This document shows, one piece after another, positions 25,748-38,799 of a stretch of DNA of 64,000 bases. The translations under genes and the position numbers were made by a program. Numbering within the stretch: position 1 is the stretch's first letter; every line of letters starts with the position of its first letter. The DNA comes from Mobula hypostoma (Eukaryota). The notes under the pieces were generated by a model. It searched no databases, was not told the origin of the DNA, and saw nothing but the letters and a program-made list of their open reading frames with translations. Location of the stretch: assembly GCF_963921235.1 (NCBI RefSeq), contig NC_086108.1, positions 59,708,001 to 59,772,000 on the forward strand, read 5' to 3'.

Positions 25748-28700
25748 ATGGCTACGGCGGCTGGCCACCAGGACAGCCTCCTGTACATCTGGGACACCGG
25801 AACAGAGATCAGCATCTTACCCCCGACGGGGTATGACACCCGCAACAGGGCGACGGGACCCACCCTGAGGGCCGCAAACGGCAGCACGATTCAGACCTAC
25901 GGCACCCGCACAGTGCAGCTACAGTTCGGCACCAGCCGGTTCACGTGGGACTTCACACTGGCCGCCGTGGCCCAACCACTGCTGGGGGCAGACTTCTTGC
26001 GAGCCCACAGCCTGCTGGTCGACTTGCAAGGGAGAAGATTGGTCCACGCCAAGACTTTCCAGACATTCTCCCTGGGTGAAGCCAAGTTGCCGGCCCCACA
26101 CCTGGACTCCATCACGCTGTCTGACAACGAATTCAGCAGACTTTCCATCGGTGCTGGCACCGCAGTTCACGGCAGCCATGCCCAGACACGGAGTACAGCA
26201 CCACATTCCTACCCAGGGACCACCCCTCCATGCCCGCGCACGAAGGCTCCCCTTGGACAAGTTCCACCTGGCGAAGGAGGAGTTCAAGAGGATGGAGGAA
26301 TTGGGGATCATACGACGGTCCGACAGCCCATGGGCCTCCCCCTTGCACATGGTGCCCAAAGCAGCAGGGGGCTGGAGACCATGCGGCGACTATCGCAGAC
26401 TGAACGAGGCTACAACTCCAGACCGCTACCCCGTGCTGCACATACAGGACTTTGCAGCAAACCTGCATGGGGCAAGCATCTTTTCCAAAGTAGACCTCGT
26501 CAGGGGGTACCATCAAATCTTGGTAAACCCTGAAGACATCCCCAAAACAGCATTCATCACCCCGTTCAGCCTGTTCTAATTCTTCCGAATGCCATTCGGC
26601 CTGAAGAATGCAGCACAGACGTTCCAGTGACTAATGGATGCTGTGGGACGCGACCTGGACTTTGCGTTCATCTATTTGGATGACATCCGCATAGCCAGTG
26701 GTAGTCGTCAGGAGCATCTGTCCCACCTCCGCCAGCTCTACACCTACCTGAGTGATTTTGGCCTCACGATCAACCCGGCCGAATGCCAGTTCGGGCTCGA
26801 CACCATCGACTTCCTGGGCCACAGGATTACCAAAGACGGGGCAGCACCTCTGCCCGCCAAGGTAGACGTGATCCGCCACTTCGCCTGGCCCAACACAGTC
26901 AAAGGCCTACAGGAGTTCGTTGGTATGGTGAACTTCTACCACCGCTTCCTCCCCTCAGCTGCCCGTATCATGTGCCCTTTGTTCACCCTGATGTCGGGTA
27001 AAGGTAAAGACATTACTTGGGATGAAGAGGCCGTGGCCACTTTGGTTAAAGCCAAGGACGCCTTGGCAGACGCCGCGATGCTGGTGCACCACAGAACGGA
27101 CGTTCCAACTGCCCTCACAGTGGACGCATCCAACACAGCAGTCAGTGGGGTGCTGGAGCAACTCATCGAGGGGCGCTGGCAACCCCTGGCATTCTTCAGC
27201 AGGCACCTACGGCCACCCGAACTCAAGTACAGAGCCTTCGAGCTGAAGCTGTTGGCATTATATCTGGCAATCCAGCAATTCAGGTACTTCTTAGAAGGCA
27301 GGCCGTTCACCGCGTTCACGGACCACAAACCGTTGACCTTCGCATTCACGAAGGTGTCCGATCCCTGGTCGGCCCGCCAGCAGCGACATCTGTTCTACAT
27401 CTCCGAGTACATGACGGGCATCCAGCATGTCTCGGGAAAGGACAACGTCATGGCGGACGCACTCTCCAGACCAGCTATCCAGGCCCTGTCCCAGGGGGTG
27501 GACTACAGCACTGGCGGAGGTGCAGCAGGCAGACAACGAGCTGTAGCTGGGCATACAGGACCACAGTCTCGGGTTTACAGCTGCAAGACTTCCTCGTAGG
27601 CCCAGGTGAGAGGACCCTACTATGTGACGTGGCTACCGGCCAACCTCGCCCCATCGTCTTGGCAGCCTGGCGGCAGCGAATTTTCAACTCCATACATGGC
27701 TTGGCGCACCCACCTATCAGGACAACCATCTGGTTGGTCTCCAGCAAACTCGTGTGGCACGGACTCACAAACAGGTCAACGAATGAGTGAAAACGTGCAC
27801 GCAGTTCGAACCCACCCATTCATGTGGATGTCATGGGGCCGCTGCCAGCGTCGCAAGGAGCTCAGTACCTCCTAACTATGGTAGACCGATTCACAAGATG
27901 GCCAGAGGCGGTCCCGCTCACCGACACCACATCCGAATCCTGCGCCCGAGCTCTGATCGCAACTTGGGTAGCCCGCTTCAGGGTACCGGCCCACATTACC
28001 TCCGACAGGGTGCCCATTTCACCTCCAGCCTGTGGTCAGCTGTGGCCAGCCTGTTGGGAACACAATTACACCACACAACTGCCTACCACCCACAGTCGAA
28101 CGGACTAGTGGAACGCTTCCTCCGTCACTTAAAGTCGGCTCTCATGGCCCGCCTGAAAGGGCCTAACTGGGTGGACGAGTTTCCATGGGTCCTGCTTGGA
28201 ATCCGCACAGCACCCAAAAAGGATCTGCACACCTCATCAGCCAAGCTGGTGTACAGCGCACCCCTGGTCATCCCAGGAGAGTTCATACCAGCCCCAAGGG
28301 GGCAAGAGGAAGAACCCACAGCAGTGCTGGACAGACTACGCGAAAGGCTCGGCAACCTGGCCCCCGTACTGACTTCACAGCACGGACAGATCCCGACCTG
28401 CGTACCCAAAGACCTGCAGAACTGTAAGTTTGTATTCGTACGAAGGGGCGCACACTGGGCACCGCTACAGTGGCCGTACGAGGGGCCATTCAAGGTGATC
28501 AGTAACAAGGGGTCCACGTACGTTCTGGACATTGGGGGGAAAGAGGAGGTTTTCACGGTGGACCGACTCAAACCGGCCCATGTGGATTTGGCGCAGCCGG
28601 TCGAGGTTCAGGCACTGCGGCGCAGAGGCAGACTGCCCAAACAGAGACTGGTCCAGACTGTGGACGTTTGGGGTGTATCACCGGTTCTGGAGGGGGAGGG
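25748..28700 (+). pseudogene. pol remnant (protease, RT, RNase H, integrase)
   Basis: [20 protein letters not shown]...[19 protein letters not shown]...FTDHKPL; DVMGPLP...VDRFTRWPEA; TAYHPQSNGLVER; PYEGPFKV. Split by stops (for example 26577-26579) and frameshifts. Confidence 0.93.
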
Positions 28701-29046
28701 GTTATGTGGCGACCCACTTTCTACACAAGCGAACCGGCTCACAAAATAACCCGCATGCGGAGAGAGACTTTTGTAATGCACCTCTGACGGCATTTCCACC
28801 CGGAGAGGGCTGGAAGGGAACTGCTTAAGAGCCTATGCCGCGAAGTTTGAATAAACGAGTCTCGAGTGTGACTTACAGACTGCGTGTCATTATTTCTAGC
28901 TCTGTGTGTAGCACATTGCTATAATATCATCGTGCATACAGGGGAGCAGTTTACTGATATGAACATCTATATATTGGTACAGAACAGGCAGTTGCTCACA
29001 GACAGAATTTACTTATTCCTGAATAACTATAATGGGTAGCATCCTT

Positions 29047-29325
29047 GTCATAGGACATGAAAACTGACCCTTCAGCCCACCGGCTCTGTGCCAGCCGTTC
29101 GTTATCAATGCTCTAACCCAAAGTTCCCATCAACTGCCAGCCAGATTCTACCCCTCACTTTCACACATTTAGGATGAAGGAGGAAACTGTAGCAGCTGAA
29201 GGAGATCCTTGTAGTCACAGAAAGAACATGTAAATTCCACACTTACGGCACCAAAGGTCAGGATTGAACCCAAGTCCCTGGGACCTTGATGCAACAACTC
29301 TATTAGCCACTCCACTGTGCCACCC
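29047..29325 (-). mobile_element. HE1-like V-SINE, decayed
   Basis: GGGTGGCACAGTGG...GGTTCAATCC head, V-domain-like TGTGGAATTTACATGTTCT...TTTCCTCC, CR1-like tail. Confidence 0.7.
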
Positions 29326-29792
29326 AGTGAAAATGGAGACCAGCTCACAAATTGCACTTCTTCTCTCAATAAGGGTATCAAGCCGCTGTCAGTGACTTAC
29401 CATTGTTTCTTCAAAACTGCAAACTGCTCCCTTCTAGCAGAGATCAGACCTCCAGATAGATGAGGGTGAGACTACATAGAAGGAAAAGACTTCCAGTTCT
29501 ACCCCTGTTGGATCCAGCAGCCAAACTATTGGACATTATCACTGATGCCCAGCAAAAAAGTGTGCATGTCATCCAGTGTGGAGATCATGGTCTCCTGGCT
29601 CTGGACATTTCTTGTGAGACCTAGGAAATGGACTCTCCTATGCTTGGTCATCTGCTTTTGCATCCAGACAGAGTAATAACAAAATGCAAATCAGTTTTCT
29701 CAGCATCAGATCAACCTAGTGATGAGATCACCCTGGTGTGGCAGTCATATGAATTGCCTCAGTCACTAGAAATGCATGAATCCCACATCTTA

Positions 29793-30745
29793 AATTGAAT
29801 TGAATTGAATTGATTTCATTTCTGACATCCTTCACATACATGAGGAGTAAAAATCTTTAAGTTATGTCTCCGTCTAAATATGCAATGTGCAATCATAGCA
29901 ATGTAAGATAATTTATAATGAATAGAACAGTCAATGTAATATAGAAATACATTCTAATCAGCGTGAGTTAATCAGTCTGATGGCCTGATGGAAGAATCTG
30001 ACCTGGAGCTTGCTGGTTCTGGCTTTTATGCTGCGGTACCGTTTCCCAGATGGTAGCAGCTGGAATAGATTGTGGTTGGGGTGACTCGGGACCCCAGTGA
30101 TCCTTCGGGCTCTTTTTTCACATCTGTCTTTGTAAATGTCCTGAATCATGGGAAGTTCACAACTACAGATGCGCTGGGCTGTCCACACCACTCTCTGCTG
30201 AATCCTGTGATTAAGGGAGGTACAGTTCCCATACCGGGCAGTGATGCAGCCAGTCAGGATGCTCTCAATTGTGCCCTGTAGAAAGTTCTTAGGATTTGGG
30301 GGCTCGTACCATCTGAGGTGAAAGAGACTTGTGGCTTTTTCATCACACAGCTGGTGCGTACAGACTACATGAGGTCCTCGGTGATGTGGATGCCGAGGAA
30401 TTTAAAGCTGTTTACCCTCTCAACCACAGATCCATTGATGTCCTGTAATCCACAACCAGCTCCTTTACGTTTGTAACACTGAGGGAGAGGTTGTTTTCTT
30501 GACACCACTGTGTCAGAGAGACGACTTCTTCCCTGTAGGCCACCTCGTTATTGTTTGAGATTAGGCCAATCAATGTAGAGTCATCGATAAACTTAATTAG
30601 CAGATTAGAGCTGTGGGTGGCAACAGAGTCATGGGTATTTAGGGAGTAAAGGAGGGGACTTAGTACACAGCCCTAAGGGGCTCCTGTATTGAGAGTCAGA
30701 GGGGTGGAGGTGAGGGAGCCTACTCTTACCACCTGCCGACTTTAC
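29793..30745 (-). mobile_element. Rex1/Babar LINE fragment with (TTCAA)n tail
   Basis: ORF 29958-30191 (SHPNHNLFQLLPSGKRYRSIKART); upstream RT motifs GAP.GCVLSPLL and KF.DD. Confidence 0.85.
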
Positions 30746-31034
30746 CATCTGGCAAAAACCCTGCACCAGACCACCTGTGAAGTGTGTCCGAGCCTGTCCT
30801 GCTGGAGCCAATACTACCTCTGTGTGAATTCAACTTGTTCCTACCTTCTACTCTGTCAGTCACTGAAGTGTTTCTCTGAGCTATTGTCGTCATCCTTCCC
30901 CCTTCTCCCCGTTTGCAGACCATCTAGTGCCTCCTACTCTTATTGCTCCACCTCAGCTTCTCCTGGAGAGGAGGACACCAGTGACCTGTGACAATACTCT
31001 CTGAGGACAAAACGAAAGGTAATTAAGAGACTCG

Positions 31035-31970
31035 ATAGACTGCAGATACTGGAAATCTGAAGTAGCACACAAAAAGGAACGTAAAGGGTCGCCAACATGT
31101 GTGGAGGGAAATGGACTGTTGACCTTTTGAGATGGGATTCTTCAAATGGACTGGAAATAAAGAGGGGCATAGCCAGTATTAAAGGTGGGGGTGTGAGTGT
31201 TGATGCAATATCTAACAGATGCGTGACCGATCTGCTGGAGAACTCAACATGCCGAGCAGCATCGGTTGGAGGAAAGGAATTGTCAAACATTGGGTCTGAG
31301 AATGGAGAGGCCAGATGGCCAGTATAGAGAGGAGAAAGGGAGTGGCAAGAATGGATTCCGAGGCTGTTGGTGGACTGGGGGGGGGGAGGTGTGAACGACA
31401 GACAGCTACTCCCGGGTAGGGAGGTGAGCAGGAGCAGAGAAGGGTTTGGTGAATGACTGTTGGAAGCAGTAGGGAAGCGTGGAGTGGGTGAGAGGAAATC
31501 TGTGCATGGGGTTAGAAGGTGGATCCAGATGGGGAGGGGGTCTGATAGGCAGATGAGAGAGGGAAGTGAATGAGAATGATGTAAGTGGCTGGGAGGTGAC
31601 AGGTGGACATGACAAAGAGCTGAAGAAGATAGAATCTGATTGGAGGGGACAGTGAAACGAAATAAAGGGAAGGAAGTGAGGTGAGAAGTGGGTGATGGGC
31701 ACATGAAGAGGGGGAATGAGCTAGTGTGATGGAGACGAGTAGGATCAGGAAGGAAAGGGGAAAGGTCTAAAACAGGGTAATTGCTAAAAATTGGATATTT
31801 TGAAACTTATGCCTCAGCTTGGAGACTACCAAGGTGGAAAATGAGGTGCCTTACTTCTGATTGCATTTAGCCTCAACTTGGCAGTAGAGGAGGCCTTAGT
31901 CAGACATGTTGGTGTGGAAATGGGAAATGTAATTAAAATAGATGGCCACTGAGAGTCCCTGGCTGGCATG
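31035..31970 (-). mobile_element. Penelope-like element 3' region, decayed and probably composite
   Basis: Pseudo-LTR-like GACTGCAGATACTGGAAATCTG and GCTGGAGAACTCA...CAGCATC, purine-rich UTR, and ORF C-terminal HLIFHLGSLQ near 31815-31850. Confidence 0.65.
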
Positions 31971-33164
31971 CAAAGAACCAGAATCAGGTTTAATATCACC
32001 AGCAACTGTCTTTGCAGCAGCCGTACAATGCAATACATAATAATAGAAAAAAAATGAATTGCATTAAATATATACACTAACCATATTATATAACCATAAT
32101 CAAGTTTTGAGATATTTTCAGAGACTTACATAAATCTTGCAACTCATAAAACATGTATGTGTAGGTATATTTTATAATGCTTCATATATTATGAACGTAC
32201 CTTTGTGAAACAACCATCTCATTATCAGACATCTGGAGAACCAGAGAGTGGAGTGGGTCATTTGTGCAACAGAACAATTAGTCAGGCAGCTGTCTAGAAA
32301 TCCAAGAAATGTGTCTATCAACACCGGATTGGGCTAGCTGGCAGTACATGATGAATGTTTAACTGAAAAAAAAACATACAATGAGGGACGTAGAAATAAA
32401 ATATTGTGTAGGCATGATGAAATTATCATTTAACCGGGGAGGCATCCTATAGTCACAGAGAGGATAATATCACTGTATTATTCAATATGGTAAAGTGGTC
32501 GGGCTGCACGACATTCACCTGAAGTGACCCCACTAGATGAGGACCATTATGCACTGACTGGCTTCATTTATGATTCATGCTCATTCTGTGCAACATGTTG
32601 TTTACCTGAAAGGAATTGGCTAGTGAGATTATTTGATGCATTATTCCTAATGTCTCATATTCCCAAGGTCTGGGGAAGAGCCTTTTAGATTTAAAAATGG
32701 CAAATGCAGGTCTTGTATTTAAAAAAGGATGGAGACAAAAAGCAGGAAAATGTAAACCAGTTGGACTAACATCTAATATAGACAGAATGGTGGAAATTAT
32801 TATTAAAGGCTTGATAGTAGTGCCGAGCAATTCATGAAAATCTGGCAAAAACAGCATTGTTGAAATTTTTGACCAATTTAATTTTTTTTAAATAAAGTGC
32901 TGCATATAAAGGAGAATTGGAGAATATGCTGTATTTAGATTTCCAGAGGCACCTAATAATGTGTAGTATCATAGGAAAATAAAAGTCAAGACACAAGAGG
33001 CTACATTTCAGCATGGTTAGAAGATAAACTGACTAACAGAAAACAGGGAGGAATCATAAATGGGACTTTACTGGTTGGAAAGTAAGTTGTGAAGAGGACA
33101 TGACGCTACAAAAGGATATAGTTAAGTGAAGTGAGTCGGCAAAAATCTGAAAATGGAATACATT

Positions 33165-33442
33165 CAGTAAAGCTCCAATTATCTGCTATCCCAACATCCT
33201 GAAATCGCAGTGATTCAGAATCTGGTTCACTAACTGCTCCTGGATCACTCCCTTTTCACTGATCAGGGCCCAGATTCCTGCATCCTTTAAACTTACCTGG
33301 GTCACTGGAAAATCTATTATCCTATGTAATATGAAAATAACATGAACTAAAAGTGTGTTAGAGTAAATAGAAATAACATAATAAAATCAGTCTCTTTGGC
33401 ATTATCAAAGCCCTCAGTGTGCTGGATATCAGAGCTTTACTC
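33165..33442. mobile_element. Tigger/pogo-like MITE
   Basis: Terminal inverted repeats CAGTAAAGCTC and GAGCTTTACTC; interrupts CR1 sequence. Confidence 0.6.
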
Positions 33443-33475
33443 CAATTGGAATATGTGAAGTTATCCATTTTGAAT

Positions 33476-34282
33476 GATAGATAGATAGATAGATAGGTAG
33501 ATAGATAGATATACTTTATTAATCCCGAGGGAAATTTGATTTCGTTACAGCCGCACCAACCAAGAATAGAGCGTAAATATAGCAATACAAAAACCACCAA
33601 CAATCAAACAGCAAAATGCAAATCCATAAGTCCAGGTCCAGTCTATTGGCTCAGAGTGTCTGACCCTCCACGGGAGGAGCTGCACGTTTGATGGCCACAG
33701 GTAGGAACGACCTCCCATGCCGCCAAGTGTTGTATCACGATGGAATGTGGCCAAAGTCCAACAGTAAAAAGTTCAATATCCAGTCTGCAAACATGTTCCT
33801 AGATTGTAATATGACCCGGATTGCACTATCTGTTGTTAACCAGATCAGTAAGCACCCAACTCCTTTACGCTTACCACTCTCAGTGCACTTCCGATCAGCC
33901 AGAATGGTATTACCCACTGAACTTCTCTTCTCCATAAGTCTCTGTTGTCTCGACCCGGTCCTCTTTCCTCGACTTTGTGATCCCCCTCTGCATCCTCTGT
34001 GTGTTTTCCTCCGGATTTCAGCAGGGATGTCCGCTGCTCTGCTCGCTAAACCGGCCGGCATTAGGTGGAATACACAATGCGACCTTGCTTCTGTCCCGCG
34101 TGTCGGGATGTAATCATTTCCAGCGCTTAAAAAAAAAACAAACAAAACTCTCTCTACCAGCTTGTTAGAGAGGGTGCAGCTTCGACGTGTTACCGTGAGA
34201 AAAAAAATACAAAAAATAATGTAAATTAAAAAGTAAGAATAGATCGGAACGGCTGTACCAGGCTGCATGCACGACCGGCACA
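33476..34282 (-). mobile_element. About 0.8-kb internally deleted Rex1/Babar derivative retaining 5' and 3' ends, with (TATC)n tail
   Basis: TSD TGAAT (33471-33475, 34283-34287). ORF 33735-34301 joins RRKTHRGCRGG, ADR...ESGKRKG and ADWILNF pieces. 3' end matches the 13069 family. Confidence 0.8.
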
Positions 34283-34825
34283 TGAATAGATAAAAAATCA
34301 AGCATATTATCCAAGTGGGGAGAAGTTGCAGAGTTCTGAAGTATGTATGGAGATCTGGTATCCTAGACCATGGATAGGATGCTAATTTCAGCTCTGGCAG
34401 GGTTTGAAGGCTATTACTTCCTCCAAAGCGAAACCTAACATCATGAATGGCTGTGATGTATCACCCCCCAGATGAGCTCAAAGCCTTGGGAAGGGAGAAT
34501 AAAACTACACCTGTGCAAATCCCTGCAGCATCTGGTGACCCTGGGATCTCTGTCTTGGAGGCTGACGTCAGGACATCTTTCAAGAGGGTGAAATCTCACA
34601 AGGTGTCAGGCCCTGGCAGTGTACCTGGTAGGACACTGGAAACCTGTGCCAAATAGCCACTGGGAGTGTTCAAAGATATCTTCAGTCTTTCACTGCTGCA
34701 GTCAGAAGTTCCCACCTGCCTTAAAAGGGCAACAATCGAACCACTATCCAAGAAGAGCAGGGCAGGCTGTCTCAATGACAGTCAGCCAGTTGCACTCATA
34801 TCTATTGCGATGAGGTGCACTAAGA

Positions 34826-36001
34826 CGGGGTCCCCAACCTTTCTCGCACTGTGGACCAGTTCATTATTGACAATATTCTTGTGGACCGGCCGACCGGGGC
34901 GGGGGTAGGATTGCCAACGGACAAGAGTAGCAGTCAAATACATTGTGTTTACCCTAGAAGGACTACAATGACCATGAAGCCTTGCGCGGGCACCAGTGCG
35001 CATGCATGTACGTGCCGATTTTTTTTCCACAAATCATTTTTGGCGATTCTGTTCGGGGGCGGGGGAGTGCTAATCACGACCGGAATATAGGTGATAAGTA
35101 GCTAATACTCTCAATTTTGTTTCTAAAAGGGTTTAATCTAACGAATTTAATATTAAACACACAGCGCATATTTTCCTCGTGTGAATATAGTGATAAGTCA
35201 ATTATCAGAGGAGCTTGAAGTAAGTGTTGAATGAACTTCCAGTAGAAGTGGTACAGGCAGGTTTGATATTATCACTTAGAGAAAAATTGGATAGGTATAT
35301 GGACAGGAAAGGAAAGGAGGGTTATGGGCTGAGTGCAGGTCGGTGGGACTAGGTGAGAGTAGCATTCGGCACGGACTAGAAGGGCTGAGATCGCCTGTTT
35401 CCATGCTGTAATTGTTATATAGTTACATAGGTCACTTATAAGTCAATAGCATCATAACATTTTAAGTAACTTTTGGATATTAAGCACACAGCACATATTT
35501 TCCCCGTATGAACATGTAAAATAATTGCAACACGCCAATATCGCTGAATCAGTGGGAGCCCAGGGCATGTTTCCCTGCAACAACACAGTCCTATCGAGGG
35601 GTGATGGGAGACAGCGACACTCGAAGAGGGTTCCTTGTGTCCAGTCTATTCCGCAATTTAATTTTCATTGCATCCATTGCAGAGATATGTTGAAAATGGA
35701 AGCAACGTTTTCAGTGCTTTCGTGGCTATCTCAGGATATTTAGCCTTAATCCAGAATGCTGGCAGAGATGTTAAAGTCCCACGGGACTTTTCAGCCCGCC
35801 GTCATTTGCAAGCTCAAGGAGTTGATCTTCTTCCCGTGATGACATGGATGACTCGCGGGTAATTACCTCGCGTGCGTTCAAGCTCAACAGTGCGCGTGAC
35901 AGGGAATGAGGAAAGGTGCAGCTGACTCATAGCGCCAAATCATATCGTTTCCTCACGGCCCAGCAGCACATGCTTTGCGGCCCGATGGTTGGGGACTGCT
36001 G
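34826..36001 (-). mobile_element. Non-autonomous hAT (Charlie/Buster-type) transposon
   Basis: TIRs C-GGGGTCCCCAACC and GGTTGGGGACTGCTG, 8-bp TSD CACTAAGA/CATTAAGA. Minus-strand remnant FWIKAKYPEIATKALKTLLPFSTYLC...KLRNRLD...LRVSLSPITPR (hAT dimerisation region) at about 35590-35780. Confidence 0.9.
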
Positions 36002-36669
36002 CATTAAGAGATTGATTATGGCCAGAATCAACTTCTGTCCATTCAAGGACCTAGACCTGTTGCAATTAGCCTATTGCCACTAGAAGTCTACGGCGGCTGT
36101 AATCTCACTGGCTCTCCACTCAGCCTTGGATCCCCTGGACAATAGCAACACTTATATCAGGTTGCTGTTTATTGATAACAGGACAGTGTTTAACAGTATC
36201 ACACCCTCAGTTCTAATCTACAAACTCCAAAACCTGGGCCTCCGTAACTCCCACTGCAAATGGATCCTTGACTTCCTCTCCGTGAGACTCTAGTCAGTGA
36301 GGATTGGAAGTAACGTCTCCTCCTCGCTGACAATCAACACTGGCACACTCCACGATTTGTTGTTAGCCCGCTGCTCTACTCCCTCTGCACCCATGATTAT
36401 GTGGCTAGGCAGAATTCAAACACTATACATAAATTTGCCAATGACAGAACTATCCACAGAATTTCAGATGGTGACAAGGGGGTATACAGGAGCAAGACAG
36501 ATCAGCTGGTTGAGTGGCGTCACAACAACAACCTTACAATCAATGTCAGCAAGACCAAGGAACTGATTGTGAACTTCAGGAAGGAGAAGTCAAGGAAACA
36601 CACACCAGTCCTCATTGAGGAATCAGCAGTGGAAACAGTGAGCAGGTTCAAATTCCTGGGTGCCAACAT

Positions 36670-37986
36670 AGAACATAGAATAGTACAGCACAGTACAGGC
36701 CCTTCGGCCCACAATGTTGTGCCAACCCTCAAACCCTGCCTCCCATATAAGCCCCCACCTTAAATTCCTCCACATACCTGTCTAGTAGTCTCTTAAACTT
36801 CATGAATGTATCTGCCTCCACCACTGACTCAGGCAGTGCATTCCACGCACCAACCACTCTCTGAGTAAAAAACCTTCCTCTAATATCCCCCTTGAACTTC
36901 CCACCCCTTACCTTAAAGCCATGTCCTCTTGTATTGAGCAGTGGTGTCCTGGGGAAGAGGTGCTGGCTATCCACTCTATCTATTCCTCTTATTATCTTGT
37001 ACACTTCTATCACGTCTCTTCTCATCCTCCTTCTCTCCAAAGAGTAAAGCCCTAGCTCCCTTAATCTCTGATCATAATGCGTACTCTCTAAACCAGGCAG
37101 CATCCTGGTAAATCTCCTCTGTACCCTTTCCAATGCTTCCACATCCTTCCTATAGTGAGGCGACCAGAAATGGACACAGTACTCCAAGTGTGGCCTAACC
37201 AGAGTTTTATAGAGCTGCATCATTACATCGTGACTCTTAAGATCTATCCCTCGACTTATGAAAGCTAACACCCCATAAACTTTCTTAACTACCCTATCCA
37301 CCAGTGAGGCAACTTTTAGGGATCTGTGGACATGTACCCCCCAGATCCCTCTGCTCCTCCACACTACCAAGTATCCTACCATTTACTTTGTACTCTGCCT
37401 TGGAGTTTGTCCTTCCAAAGCGTACCACCTCACACTTTTCCAGGTTGAACTCCATCTGCCACTTCTCAGCCCACTTCTGCATCCTATGAATGTCTCTCTG
37501 CAATCTTTGACAATCCTCTACACTATCTACAACACCACCAACCTTTGTGTCGTCTGCAAACTTGCCAACCCACCCTTCTACCCCCACATCCAGGTCATTA
37601 ATAAAAATCACGAAAAGTAGAGGTCACAGAACAGATCCTTGTGGGACACCACTAGTCACAATCTTCTAATCTGAATGTACTCCCTCCACCACAACTCTCT
37701 GCCTTCTGCAGGCAAGCCAATTCTGAATCCAGCTGGCCAAACTTCCCTGGATCCCATGCCTTCTGACTTTCTGAATAAGCCTACTGTGTGGACCCTCGTC
37801 AAATGCCTTACTAAAATCCATATAGATCACATCCACTGCACTACCCTCATCTATATGCCTGGTCACCTCCTCAAAGAATTCTATCAGGCTTGCTAGACAC
37901 GATCTGCCCTTCACAAAGCCATGCTGACGGTCCCTGATCAGACCATGATTCTCTAAATGCTCATAGATCCTATCTCTAAGAATCTT
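36670..37986 (-). mobile_element. 5'-truncated CR1 LINE
   Basis: TSD CAACAT (36664-36669, 37987-37992). RT ORF pieces 37666-37992, 37294-37611 (KFADDTK) and 36729-37382; (TTCTATG)n tail. Confidence 0.93.
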
Positions 37987-38799
37987 CAACATCCTTGAAG
38001 ATCTACCCTTGGTTCAACATATTGATGCAATTACAAAGAAAGCATGACAAGGGTTATATTTCATTATGATTTTGAGGAGACCAAAGGCTCACACAAACTT
38101 CTACAGATGTACCATGGAAAGCATTCTAATTGGTTGCATCACTGTCTGATATGGAGGGGCAACTGCACAGGATTGGAAAAAGCTGCAGAAAATTGTAAAC
38201 TTTTCCAGCTCCATGATGGACACTATCCTCCCCAGCATCGACGACACCTTCATAAGGTGATGCCTCAAAGAGGTGGCAGTAATCATTAAGGACCCCCATC
38301 ACCCAGGACATTCCCTCTTCTCATTGCTACCATCAAGGAGGAAGTACATGAGCCTGAAGACACACACTCAAAGTTTCAGGAATAAGGTTTCAAGGTTTCA
38401 AAGTAAACTTATTATCAACGTACAAATACAGTGTGTCACCATATACAACTCTGAGATTAGTTTTTTTTTACACAAGTCTGAAAAACACAATAGAATAATT
38501 GAAAGTCCACACTGAACAGGAAAGACAAATAACTGATCTGCAAAAGTCAACACCTGTACACATAAAAAAGAGAAAATAAATAAGCAATAAATATCAAGAA
38601 CATGAGATGAAGAGACCTTGACAGTGAATCTATAGGTTGTGAGGATAGTTCAGTGATGGGACAAGTGAAGTTGAGCGAAGTTATCTCCTCTGGTTCAAGA
38701 GCTTGATGGTTGATGGGTGACAAATGTTCCTGAACTTGATGGTGTGGGTCCTTAGGCTCCTAATGTACCATCTTCCTAATGGCAGCAGTAAGAAGAGTG

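Larger units (their letters stand above)
24787..28923 (+). mobile_element. Near full-length Ty3/Gypsy element of the CsRn1/Boudicca/Kabuki clade, inactivated
   Basis: 219-bp LTRs 24787-25005 and 28705-28923, TSD ACAT/ATAT, degenerate tRNA-Trp PBS TGGTGACC at 25007, PPT 28689-28701, Gag CX2HX9CX3C motif at 25658-25711. Confidence 0.93.

Noticed and set aside
30940..31704. 254-aa Pro/Ser/Leu-rich ORF
   Set aside because: Stop-poor pyrimidine-rich strand of a Penelope-like UTR; no domain.
33298..33322. 25-nt minus-strand microexon with CAG|GTAAGT donor
   Set aside because: Lies inside a MITE and is not phase-compatible with the upstream candidate exon.
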